The translations under genes and the position numbers were made by a program. This document shows, piece by piece, positions 1 to 11,808 of a stretch of DNA of 64,000 nt (its first letter is position 1; every line of letters begins with the position of its first letter). The stretch is from Haliotis rubra (lineage: Eukaryota). The notes beneath the pieces were generated by a model that saw only the letters and a list, made by a program, of their open reading frames with translations, did no database searches and was not told the origin of the DNA. Where the stretch lies: assembly GCF_003918875.1 (NCBI RefSeq), contig NW_025767546.1:682001-746000 (forward strand). Reading direction: 5' to 3'.

Positions 1-200
1 ACTAACTGATGGAGCAGTAGTTAACTCACCTGTTGTACACAAGACCAATCTTTTATTGGAGCAGTGGTTAACTCACCTGTTGTACACCAGACTAACTGGT
101 GGAGCACTAGTTATCCCATTTGCTGGACACCAGACTAACTGGCGGAGCACTAGTTAACCCATTTGCTGGACACCAGACTAACTGGTGGAGGAGTAGTTAG
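1..200. repeat. 43-bp minisatellite (about 4.5 copies, may continue off the left edge)
   Basis: Unit ACTAACTGGTGGAGCACTAGTTAACCCATTTGCTGGACACCAG recurs at 1, 91, 134 and 177. Confidence 0.85.
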
Positions 201-2096
201 CAATAGTTAGACTTACTCAAGCAGTGGGAATGTACTACAGGAAGTTCTCAACTTTAAACACCCCACACATGGCAACACTGCATGGGCTAAACATTTACAA
301 AAACATCAATTCCTAAAATGCAGGAAGTCGTTTCTTGTTTTGTAGCAAACTTTTTTCAGAACAAGTGTTCAGCTTGTCAAGGTACTGTACATATTCTGCA
401 GTGGGTATCTGTCATCATAATGGCCTTGGCGTTACCTGGTTGTATGCATCCCAGCTACATGTCGGTGAACTGAGTCACCATGGAACACTGACAAGCCACA
501 TGGCCTCTACTAGTACTTTACAACATCTCCCCAGTCTTATAATAATAAAATCTGTCTGTACTCCATACAAGCTTCACATGAAATCTCAACATACCGTACA
601 CATATCGCGTTTATAAACATGATAATCTGAATTTGCCATTGATCACAAATCCTTATTATGCCTTATACCCGATTTAATTAAGGGTTAGTGTAATTCGGTG
701 GAGTGGAAAATCCTGCTATCAGATTACATTAATCCAGCGAATACCTGACGCGGTAAGGACATCTAAAATCTGTGGAATACCTAACGCGGTATATAAGGAC
801 ATCTTATGACCGGCACCTAGCTTTGTATGGTAGTTTGCCATTACCGCAGCGGCTTGTGACGTCATCGCGCCGCTATATTCCCTTCAAAGAAAGTCTGGGA
901 CTAGTTGAGCCGCGGATGATGGGGTGCCAATGTGGCGTGGTATCGGACGATATGAAAGATGTTTCAATGAAGAAGTAGAGATAGACGACGCCAAACTTAC
1001 CAGCAGTGTGTTCTGACCGATCCGCGCAGATGATGCTAGCACAAGAGAGAAAGATTCGGGGATGAGGGAAGTTGTAGAGTAAAAGAAGGGCGTTATCTTC
1101 AACATTGAGGGTGGGATATTTGGACCATGTGATTCATTTCTGATCGTCCATTGGCTGAAAATGTGTGCCAGTCAAGACTAAATGCATGCATTTTCATTGA
1201 CGAGACTGTCCTAAGTTCTCGAGTATATTCCTGTTATTGCAAAATACTATTAGTAATGCATGAATGGTTGCTGAGCCTTTCTTATATTGAAACAAATGGT
1301 AAATGAGACCTACTAGCAGATTTAACCTTAACAGCTTCCATGAAAATACCAAATTCAGAGAGTGTAAAACCAGGCACTTTCTGATAGTATCGCGTTCATA
1401 TATGGTAATGGCAGAGCCCGTCACCCGAGCCGGTGTTACCAATGGTTCCGGCGTCATGCTCCTCGTTCATCTGGGATGGACACTGTTAAATTAACTACCG
1501 CCGTTGTTTATATAAAGACCCCGTTGTAAGTTGTGTAGGAAATGAACTCCTAGACCTTGTGTACGGTAGCCGCTGGTAAAGGAATACCGGGCTTGCGCGG
1601 CTTCTTTAAATGAAATAGTTATCATTGGGGAACATCTGCCACCATTTAGGCAGATCGCGGCTCGGTTTGAACGCGTGCCTATATGTGAGGCTACACTCGG
1701 CAAGTGTTATGAATCATGTTGGTCTATGTACTTGTGGCCTTCCTGCTGCACAGATAGAGTAAGAGAACTGTAACGTTTGTGAAGTGTTTCGTCTCTGCCA
1801 CGTGGGCCGTTAATTGCTTTAACTGAACCAGTTCCACCGAGTTCAAGTGATACGAATAAGTATGTATTAGAAAACAGAGAGTTCCCTGTCTTCGAACAAT
1901 TCAGCATATATAATAGGTATGCCACTCGCTGCATTTGAAGCTTTAGTGTCAACGTCCCTTCTTAAAAATAAGAATACAGAGTGGCATCATCAGAAAGACA
2001 TGTCCTCGACATGAACATATTTTTATAGTCATATTTTAATGTATAAAGGAAATGATCAAATGTATATCAAAGATTCTTAAGTGACCAACAAATTGG

Positions 2097-2226
2097 AGTG
2101 AGTGAGTGAGTGAGTTGGGGTTTACACCGCTTATGGGCGTCACACATTGTAGCCATGTGGGGAATCGAACCAGAGTGTTCAGCGTAAGGAGCGAACGCGT
2201 TACCCACTAGGCTACCCTGACCGCCC
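2097..2226 (-). mobile_element. tRNA-derived SINE family A (internally deleted copy)
   Basis: Reverse strand has GGTAGCCTAGTGG (A box), GGTTCGATTCCC (B box) and a (CTCA)n tail; homologous to the copies at 42379 and 59047. Confidence 0.8.
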
Positions 2227-2852
2227 GTCTCAAATGTATCAGTTTCAGGAATTCCCACATCACGCTCTTCCTTTAGCTGGGAAGGACACAGACAAAATAC
2301 TGCCTTTGTTCATATTATAAAAAGAAATTATTTCGGGGCAATGTTTCTTTGTATAAAACTACACTGGAAAGGAGAGTCAGTAGACTAACGCTTAGTCTCT
2401 GAATATATATAATTTTGATAGTAACAAATAAACCCATTTATATTGAAAAGGAGCCCCAGTGAGATTAGAGATTCAAAACCTCAGGAAATCTAGACTTGAT
2501 TCATTGAGAGCTTTAATATTGCAGGGAGGGCTAGGCAGTAGGGAAAATAATGTGGTTCAGGGACTGTGAGACGGACAAGAAAGTCAGCTGACAACAGAAA
2601 CGTGAAAGAGATTAAACAATGAAAAATGTAAAATAATTAGTTTATCAACCTTCATCAAAACCGGACGTTTTAATTGAAGCCTAAACTTACCTTTACGTGG
2701 CATTTTATTATTTTCACAAAGAATAATTACCTGTTACTTATATGGTATCCATTTAAATCCATTAAATGTGCAGTTTAAATATTCAAACGTTTCGCATTTG
2801 AAGTATATAATTTGCCATCGCTTCATGGAGAAATATCTATTAATAATCGAAA

Positions 2853-2972
2853 CTGGACCAGTCAATACAGTATCTGACATGAGCATCGATCTACGCAACT
2901 GGGGTACGACGACGTCAACGATCCAACATCCCCGATCCCGTTATAGTCGGCATATTGGCTTCTGAAGGCCAC
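2853..2972 (-). mobile_element. SINE-like family B fragment
   Basis: GGACCAG..CATGAGCATCGATCTACGCAA..CCCGATCCCGTTA matches the copy at 62328-62570. Confidence 0.7.
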
Positions 2973-4433
2973 AGGTAGATGTCTATATTTTTTTCGGGAG
3001 TGATGCAGACTTTAGTGTGATTCCATCCCAGCATTTTAGACCTAAGTTTCACAGTGCTGTATAAGGTGATTGTCATAGCAGTAGGTCTGTTGAGCTAGGG
3101 ATACGTACTCTCCACATAATACTGCTTGAAATACTCTAATACAAAGTTTCAGAGCGATCTGTATTCCAGATGTACACTTACTAACGTGCTGGAGTGTCTG
3201 ATACTTTAATTCAGTGGGAAGTTTTCATCTATCGCCATATTATGTTCGCGTTATTTACAACGCTGATGAGCCATAAATGCTCCTCATATGTTCGGTAACA
3301 TATACAATTGATCTTCATTTCGATTTCAGGTCTGACACAATCTCTCCAGGGACTGGGTTAGTTTATGTGGGACTTGTCGTGATGCACAGAATATTTCAGT
3401 TTTCACAGTTAAGATTACATAGATGACCAAACAATAGAAGGTTACAGCTGCTACCGTAGCACACAAAGCCCCCAGTCCCAGATTTGCAGGGCAAGAATCT
3501 ACTGGAGATCGTTTATAGAGTCCCCGCATGTGTCGTACGTGCATTTATAGGTATCCTAGCCTTGCTCCAAGGCTATACTGAATGCTGGACCTATGGATGT
3601 ATAGTAATTCTATCCTTTAAAGAGGCAAGTCTAGGTAAGCGGACAGGAACGACGCCAGTTTATTATTTATTGTTTTTAAGAAATTTTCATTTAAACTATT
3701 AATTTTTACCTTAGAGACTTGTGCAAGTCTACAGGTGTCCTTACATGCTCAGTCCGTGGCACAATATATGTAAGTACACGTGTACCGTATCTGAGAGAGG
3801 CGTCCATGTCAAGCTAATGTATAGTGTTAGCTGGTTAGTCCAAGAAAACGGTAATTGTAGAGACCAGTAAACGCACGCACGCGCGGACACACACACGTGC
3901 ATTTGCGTAGCTATATTAGTGCAATATATTACAGGTCAGCTTGTTTACAGATTCACTCTAAGGTTAGTTTCGTTCAATTGGCAGTTAGCTTATGTAAATA
4001 AGGCACATTGGCGCTCAGAGAATAGCATTTACAGTAAGTCATAACCGACATCTCATCCCGTTCTACTCAGAACCATTAAAAATCGTTTACCCACTAGTCA
4101 CGTGACCGATAAGGAGCCTGATATATGCAGCTCAAATGAAGTTTAGGAACATCCATTTTTTCATATGTTTATAGCTGATCTGCCATGGTTGGTGTATATT
4201 GAAACAAACATCCCTCCAACTGTATGTGGTTAACTTGTTTCGTGGTAGACGGCTGCTGCAGCAGACATTTCCAACACCTTCACCCGGGATCAGCTGAGAC
4301 ACTGTTGAATATCAAACCTACTGGAGACGTGTTATGTGAATGTCAAGTAGTGTCAGATAACCCAGAATAGGCGGATATACCGAGAAACGTTGCCATGGCT
4401 ACACACGTGCGAGGCTGATGGTTGGTTACAATG

Positions 4434-5100
4434 TTATAATCACAGGGGCTTGTAACGCTAAAAACTGCCATCAAGGTATATACTGTCACTGACGGGGTCT
4501 TAGTACTATAATCGAATGCCGGTGTCTCGAATATTATGCATAACTCGAAGTACCTGTCGGTCCCGACCATTCCCTGTTATAGTTGTAATCATTTGAATAC
4601 CGGTTACACGAATTCGTCTCATAAATACACACGATGACTCGAGAAGGAAATTTGGTCCCATGAGATTCAAACAACAGCAATCTTGTATACATAAGCCGAA
4701 GTCAGTCAATGAGAAGTTGATTGGTGTAGCAAACTGATCCAATTAACAAACCAGCGCGGCTCACACCTTTAGGCAGACTAGTGATTTTACGGAAATCACT
4801 GTCTGTGCTAATCAGACTGGAACTGATAAGGTGCCCCTATTAGTGATAGGGAAATCATTAGGTAAACAAATGCTTAGGTGGAGGAATTAGGACTGGATCA
4901 CCTTTTTTTCTACCCTCATAGACATACCTATGTCTCGAATACATCGATAAGTCGAATGTATTACTTGGTCCCCAGCGATTCGACTCATCGGGATTTGACT
5001 GTATATAAACCTTTTATATAATACTACTAAGACCCCGTCAGTGACAGTATATACCTAGATGGCAGGTTTTAGCGTTACAAGCCCCTGCGCGTGGTTATAA
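4434..5100. mobile_element. Foldback element (~70-bp inverted arms) interrupted by a nested MITE
   Basis: 4436-4505 (CAGGGGCTTGTAACGCTAAAAACTGCCATCAAGGTATATACTGTCACTGACGGGGTCTTAGTA) is nearly the reverse complement of 5025-5098. Confidence 0.75.
4509..5001. mobile_element. Tc1/pogo-type MITE nested in the foldback element
   Basis: TA-flanked ends TAATCGAA.. and ..TTTGACTG (CAGTC-type TIR) with subterminal GTCTCGAATA repeats at both ends. Confidence 0.55.
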
Positions 5101-6119
5101 TTAAGCATCTATTACCCTCTAAACAGTAGTAAGAGAGTTGATGGGTTAGTGTTTTCACGGGTGACATTCATTCCGTTAATACGAAGACGTGTAAGTATAT
5201 CTCCCACTGTTTCAGTGTGTGGGCGTGTGCATGTTTTTGCGTTATTTTCTACGCTGCGTGTGTGCGTGCGCATGCGCATGCGTTCGTTATAATTCAACCA
5301 CATTCTTATGTAACTTCCTTGAGAGCTTTTTAAATATTTCAAAGCCATCGTTTATTCTATTTTTCAGTTTTGTTAAGGCTGCAGTCGGCAGTAGTAGGTG
5401 GCAGTGTCTGGAAGTGATGGGAGTCGTGGTATGTGCACCATCACGCTAGAGCGTGTGTGGGATGGCTTTATGTGCTGTTGGTTCAGGTTCATTGCTGAAC
5501 GCCGTGGTGGTAAACATCCCCGCTAAATAACAGACTCCTGTACGTAGTCCTCGTCTGGATCAGATATACCAGAAGTCAGTATCACATGGAACGTCCTCAA
5601 CTATGAGCGTACGTCACGTAGTCAACGCTAGCAGACCAACCCGGCTGACCACCCATCTATTTCAGTCGTATTCTCACATGGGTTATTGGGTGTCTGTCGC
5701 GGAGTCCATAGAGAAGACGCATGTGCAGGAACTATATACATGTCTGCTTCAGAAAAAACTAACATTGTGGAATTTGGTGAAGGAAACACGCTTACACAAG
5801 GCGAGTGATACTGAATCGGCCCCAGTCTCGGTGATTTTGTAACTTATTTTCCTAAGGCGCTGAAACCTAGCTGATCTATTTTAGTCAATTTTCTTACAAT
5901 AAAGCACATATTGCACGGTAACGTGCATGTTTGATCGTGTTTCCAAAGAAGCCATAAACACGGTTTCTGTAAGAAAGTCACAGAGATTGCAGACAAATGA
6001 AAAATGTAGCAGTTGCCTTGACGATAATTTAATACGACATAAGCGCTGATTAGCAAGTGTGAGCTAAGTGAGTGAATGTTGTTTAAAGTGAAATTCATCG
6101 GTACGTTTTCACTGCAAAC

Positions 6120-6378
6120 TGACTATAGCCCAGACGCTGGTTTTATAGTGCAAGCTCACTTAGATACTATGCCACAGTTAAGCATGAATACCCCACTCAG
6201 ACACATTATACTGACTCCGAGCCGACAAGTCCGTGTTGTACCCATTAATGCCGAGCGCCAGACAGGGACCAACAAGTACCATATTTTAAGGTCTTATAGT
6301 ATGACGCGACCGGGGTTTGAACCCTCGACCTTCCGCTCTCCGGGCAAACGCTCTAACCACTACACCACGGAGGCGGTC
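6120..6378 (-). mobile_element. tRNA-derived SINE family C (MetaSINE-like central core)
   Basis: Reverse strand has a tRNA-like head GGTGTAGTGGTTAGAGCG..GGTTCAAACCC followed by a GTCATAC..AAAATATGGTACTTGTTGGTCCCTG core; second copy at 16958-17250. The superfamily name is from recall and unverified. Confidence 0.75.
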
Positions 6379-6409
6379 GAATGTTGTTTTGACTCATTGT
6401 TGTCATCAA

Positions 6410-6645
6410 ACCTGCTGAAGATCCGGACTAAAATTGGTCTTTATTAACCCATGCTTGTCTTAAGAGGCGACTTACGAGATCGGGTTGTCAGACACGCGGA
6501 CCCGGTTGACGAGTCACCGTATCCAAATCGAGTTGATCGATGCTCATTCTGTTGATCATGGGGTCGTCTGGTCCAGATTCTATTATTCACAGACTGCCAC
6601 CATATAGCTGGAATATTGCTGAAGTTGGCGTTAAACAACAAACAT
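6410..6645 (+). mobile_element. SINE-like family B, full length
   Basis: Head CCTGCTGAAGATCC..CCCATGCTTGTCTTAAGAGGCGACT; tail GCTGGAATATTGCTGAAGTTGGCGTTAAACAACAAAC. Confidence 0.8.
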
Positions 6646-6886
6646 ATTTTTAAGTCATGAGATATCACATCACTACAATATCACAGCTGTAGTTGTCGGA
6701 GATCGAGCCGGTATCTCCAGACAATGGTCTCCTGCTACCACTAGGTGTCAACCTTTGTACGATGAGGTTGTGCACTGTTCTCCACGCAAGATGTGCTTAT
6801 TGTAGGAAAAGAGGAAGTCCGCTCTGACTGCACCAGCAAAGGGTCAACACTAAGAATGTCAGCACACACCAGTCATCATTTCCACT

Positions 6887-8840
6887 CTAGGACATGGAGA
6901 TCCTGCTGTAGGAAGTGGAGATCCAGATGTAGGACATGGAGATTCTACTGTAGGACGTGGAGATCCTACTGTAGGACGTGGTGATCCTGCTGTAGGACAT
7001 GGAGATCCTGCTGTAGGACATGGAGATCCTGCTGTAGGACATGGAGATCCTGCTGTAGGACATGGAGATCCCGCTGTAGGACATGGAGATCCTCTGCTGT
7101 AGGAAATGGAGATTCTGCTGTAGGGCATGGAGATCGCGCTGTGGGACATGGAGATCCTGCTGTAGGACATGGAGATCCTGCTGTAGGACATGGAGATCCT
7201 CTGCTGTAGGACGTGGAGATCCTGCTGTAGGACTGTAGGACATGGAGATCCTGCTGTAGGACATGGAGATCATGGAGATCCTGCTGCTGTGGGACATGGA
7301 GATCAGGACTGATCCTGCTGTAGGACGTGGAGATCCTGCTAGGACATGGAGATCCTGCTGTAGGACATGGAGATCCTGCTGTAGGACATGGAGATCCATG
7401 GAGCTGTAGGACATGGAGATCCTGCTGTAGGACGTGGAGATCCTGCTGTAGGACATGGAGATCCTGCTGTAGGTGTAGGTGGAGATCCTGCTGTAGGACA
7501 TGGAGATCCTGCTGCAGGACATGGAGATCCCTGATGTAGGACATGGAGATCCTGCTGTAGGACACTGTAGGAGATCCTGCTGTAGGACATGGAGATCCTG
7601 CTGTAGGACATGGAGATCCTGATGTAGGACATGGAGATCCTGCTGTAGGACGTGGAGATCCTGCTGTAGGACGTGGAGATCCTGCTGTAGGACATGGAGA
7701 TCCTGCTGTAGGACATGGAGATTCTGCTGTAGGACATGGAGATCCTGCTGTAGGACATGGAGATCCTGCTGTAGGACATGGAGATCCTGCTGTAGGACAT
7801 GGAGATCCTGCTGTAGGACGTGGAGATCCTGCTGTAGGACATGGAGATTCTGCTGTAGGACATGGAGATCCTGCTGTAGGACTGCTGTGGAGATCCTCAT
7901 GATAGGACATGGAGATCCTGCTGTAGGACATGGAGAGGACATGGAGATCCTGGATCTGCAGGTGGGATCCTGCTGTAGGACATGGAGATCCTGCTGTAGG
8001 ACATGGAGATCCCTGCTGTAGGACGTGGAGATCCTGCTGTAGGACGTGGAGATCCTGCTGTAGGACATGGAGATCCTGCTGTAGGACATGGAGATTCTGC
8101 TGTAGGACATGGAGATCCCGATGTTTGACATGAAAATCCCGATGTAGGACATGGAGATCCCGCTGTAGGACATGGAGATCCTGCTGTAGGACGTGGAGAT
8201 CCTGCTGTAGGACGTGGAGATCCTTCTGTAGGACATGGAGATCCTGCTGTAGGACATGGAGATCCTGCTGTAGGACATGGAGATCCTGCTGTAGGACATG
8301 GAGATCCTGCTGTAGGACATGGAGATCCTGCTGTAGGACATGGAGATCCTGCTGTAGGACATGGAGATCCTGCTGTAGGACATGGAGATCCTGATGTAGG
8401 ACATGGAGATCCTGCTGTAGGACAGATCCCGATGTAGGACATGGAGATCCTGCTGTAGGACATGGGACATGGAGATCCTGCTGTAGGACATGGAGATTCT
8501 CCTGAGGATGGAGATCCCTGCTGTGGAGATCCTGGAGATGAAGATCCTGCTGTAGGACATTGAGATTCTGCATGGGTCATGGAGATCCTGCTGCAGGAGA
8601 GTGGAGTCTGCTGGACATGGAGATCCTGCTGTAGGATCCCGATGTAGGACATGGAGATCCTGCTGTAGGACATGGAGATTCTGCTGTGGAGGGACATGGA
8701 GATTCTGCTGTAGGACATGGAGATCCTGCTGTGGGACATGGAGATTCTGCTGTAGGGCTGTGACATGGGACATGGAGATCCTGCTGTATGGGACATGGAG
8801 ATCCTGCTGTACTGATCCCATGGAGATCCTGCTGAACATG
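6887..8840. repeat. 21-bp tandem minisatellite (~2 kb)
   Basis: Unit CTGCTGTAGGACATGGAGATC repeated about 90 times with scrambled patches; source of the 693, 535 and 321-aa repetitive ORFs. Confidence 0.97.
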
Positions 8841-10270
8841 AGTGCTGCTCTACTGATCCCACCCCAAATCGCTAAACATGAGTTCCTATTGTGATGACCC
8901 AAACATTGTGTACTGGGATATTTCAGCATATTTACTGACTGACATTTGATCCTTGAAGATGCATTCAATCCTCAGATACCTAGCCCGGTGCAGCAAAACT
9001 GTTTAGGGTACATGCATTTATCTGGTTTTCCCATGCATTCAATCTAATTCTGCTAGCCTGGGTCCAGGTGTTCAATATATGTCCGCTTCTCTAGGGCCAG
9101 TCTGTTGGGTATTTAATATGTCTACATGTCTTGGCACAAGTCTATTAGGTATAAAATATATTTCTGCTACCCTGATTTCTCTCTATTGGGTATTCAATTT
9201 GTGTAGTACCCTGTCTGCAGGCTATTTACAGTCTAACCAAACAATTCATCTGCCCAAAACAAAGTTCCAGGCACTGCTCCAAGTGTGTCTATAACTTCAC
9301 AGGTGATTTATCTAGATACAATAAGCTACACGAGTGTATAATCACTGCAGTGTATGTGCAGGGTCTGCATTATGTATATGGAAATGTTGCTGGGGATACA
9401 CAGTTTCTATGTATTTCCTCTATGCAAGCTGTCATTATGGTCTGTAGTTTCTATTAACTGGTTATAAATATGAATGTGCACAGAGACACTTAAGGCAACA
9501 CATATTGCAGTTGCAGTGAAATGGGAGACTACAAGATACACAGTATCACAATAACTACTTCCCTACTTGCCAGAAGCTCCTATGATTCTAATAATAATGG
9601 CATACATGCTTACTATGCACCAATTCTCACAAACTAAAGCTTGATGAAAGTGTAATATAAACCCCATTCAGCAGATCTGTGTGCGTTCAGTTCCATTCTC
9701 TGCTCCCTGGGGTTCCTGCAACCCATGCTATACCAGTGATGTGTTCGAAGGTTAACTTATCCTACTGGGTACCCATTCACTGCAGGCTGAGCAGAGAACA
9801 GAGACAGTAGTTGTGGTACCCAGGGATACATGTGCTTCAGTGTGAAGGTGAGACCAAAGCCCTAGGAACTCTCAGGAGTCCTGAAAACAGTCACCCATCC
9901 AACTCCTCCCCATGCCCATGACCAATGTTGCTTACCTTCAGCAGATTTGTGAAATCTGTACTGTATATAGAACCATATACCACCATGATATTTCTAACAC
10001 CAGCACACACACACACACACCCCACACACACCCCAGTTTGATCACCATGTCCCTCAGATACAGCAGAACATCAAGTGAGATCCAGCAGACCTAGGACCAT
10101 TTGTACAAAAAGATCTCAACATCACAATGAACGTAACTCCCATACTGTAACACACACTCTCGTAGCACTAAGATCGGTTTGTGAGCCTAATGTAATAAAG
10201 AGTCAGTCCAAGTATCCTGTAAGCTTAGGTCAATCCATCTCTGGTGTCCTGCACCATGATATCGCTGAAA

Positions 10271-10414
10271 CAGGGGCGTGTCACGCTTAGAAACAGCGTT
10301 AAAAGACATATAGGTACATAGACCTTACCCTAGTACTATATAAAAGGATACTAGGGTAGGGTCTATGTACCTATATGTAATTCTAACGATGTTTCTAAGC
10401 ATGTCACGCCCCTG
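10271..10414. mobile_element. 144-bp foldback/MITE inserted into a family A SINE tail
   Basis: CAGGGGCGTG...CACGCCCCTG, self-complementary over nearly the whole length; ATCGCTGAAA occurs on both sides; the flanks are SINE A tail sequence. Confidence 0.75.
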
Positions 10415-10624
10415 TGATCGCTGAAATATTGCTATAAGCGGCATAAAACCATATTCATTCACTCAAGCTCAATCCTGCAATGGTACAAACAGCCAAAGCT
10501 AAATTGATACTGACTAAAATGTGAGACTCACAACAGAACAAGTCATGTGAGCAAAATTCTAACTAGCCTGATCTTTGACTGACATATCCTTAAATACTAT
10601 ATGCAACAGAGACCTCATTAAGAC

Positions 10625-10783
10625 TGACTGAGTATGGTTTTACGCCGCTTTTAGCAATATTCCAGCAATATCAGCGGGGAACACCAGCAATGGACTTCAC
10701 AAGTTGTACCCATGTGGGGAATCGAACCCGGGCCTTCGGCATGACGAGCGAACGCTTTAACCACTAGGCTACCCCACCGCCCC
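10625..10783 (-). mobile_element. tRNA-derived SINE family A
   Basis: Reverse complement of the GGGGCGGTGGGGTAGCCTAGTGG..GGTTCGATTCCCC..GCTGGAATATTGCTAAAAGCGGCGTAAAAC consensus. Confidence 0.9.
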
Positions 10784-11808
10784 ACCTCAAGAAGCCTTGT
10801 TTCCAGACTGACCCAGACCCAATACTGGTACTATAGTCATTGACAAAGATTGAGTGAGTTGTGTTTTACGCAGTATTCAGATGATATCAAAGAGTGACAG
10901 CTTAGTGTGTTGAGACAAGTCTGGACACATGAATATCCATTATCCCGTGAATCTGAAATTTCAACCCATGACCACTCAAGGGTTAACTCCTTCCATGTAA
11001 GCCTTCCATGTAACACTGAGCATATTGCAGATTTTATTTATGGACATTTCCCATTATTTATTTCAATTTTTGACAACAGCAACAAACTACAAGTCAATGA
11101 CAAAGGTAGTTATTTGTTTTGTATAACATTCATTTGACCTGTATGAAAATACCGTTAGTACATAAAACTTGTAGTGCTTAAAGATTCATTAAAAATAATC
11201 AGGAGCAGGTATTGTAAAATACTGTCAAATAAGTAAGCGTGGCAGGACTTTCAATGAGAACTAGACACTGTTCACGATACACTGACCATTACTTCAGCGA
11301 CCATGACAGCATGTGAGTTGACTGAAATGCTGATTTGTACTTGAGTCATATCACAGTGTGCCCGTTGCTTTGTATGAGGAAAAACCTAAGTGAAGACAGT
11401 TGAAAAGGTTGACTTGTCTAAAGAAAACCCATCAACAGATGGAAGGAATCGGGGATGTGAACCCACTACCGACTAGTGGTACCATCCACTTGTAGCACTA
11501 CTATACTATCACTGCCACCCTAGCAGTCTGGATCTCTTCAGAACAAAAACACAACACTACATAGCACCGTTACAAACTGACATCTCAAAGTTACAGCAGA
11601 TGTGTCTCTGTTTCTCCGCTTATCAATACAGACACAGGTGAGACACACACATTTTCTATTGTATGTTACACAGATTATGCTGTGCCAATAACTGTATATC
11701 ATTGTATATATGATGGATTCACAGGTCCTTGTCCATGACTCAGAAAAACTTGGATGCCACACTGCATGTAGGGGAGGTAACTCTTCACAGCTTCACATTA
11801 AGTCGAGG

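Larger units (their letters stand above)
890..5800 (+). pseudogene. Probable decayed multi-discoidin (F5/8 type C-like) domain gene, fragmented
   Basis: Hand translation of the + strand through stop codons gives discoidin-like pieces: IDDAKLTSS (~980), PPFRQIAARFERVP (~1640), SLHLKL*C (~1930), LDLSFTVLYKVIVIAVG..GYVLST*YCLKYSN (~3035-3140), WTYGC followed by a GTAAGC donor (~3590-3640), NTFTRDQLRH..LETCYVNV (~4275-4345). Assignment is by eye only. Confidence 0.4.

Noticed and set aside
1491-1703. EGF-like CLNGGRC motif on the minus strand
   Set aside because: The remaining EGF cysteines are absent, and the opposite strand fits a discoidin relic better
6859-8968. 693-, 535- and 321-aa ORFs as genes
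   Set aside because: They are translations of a 21-bp satellite and switch among the three repeat frames at indels
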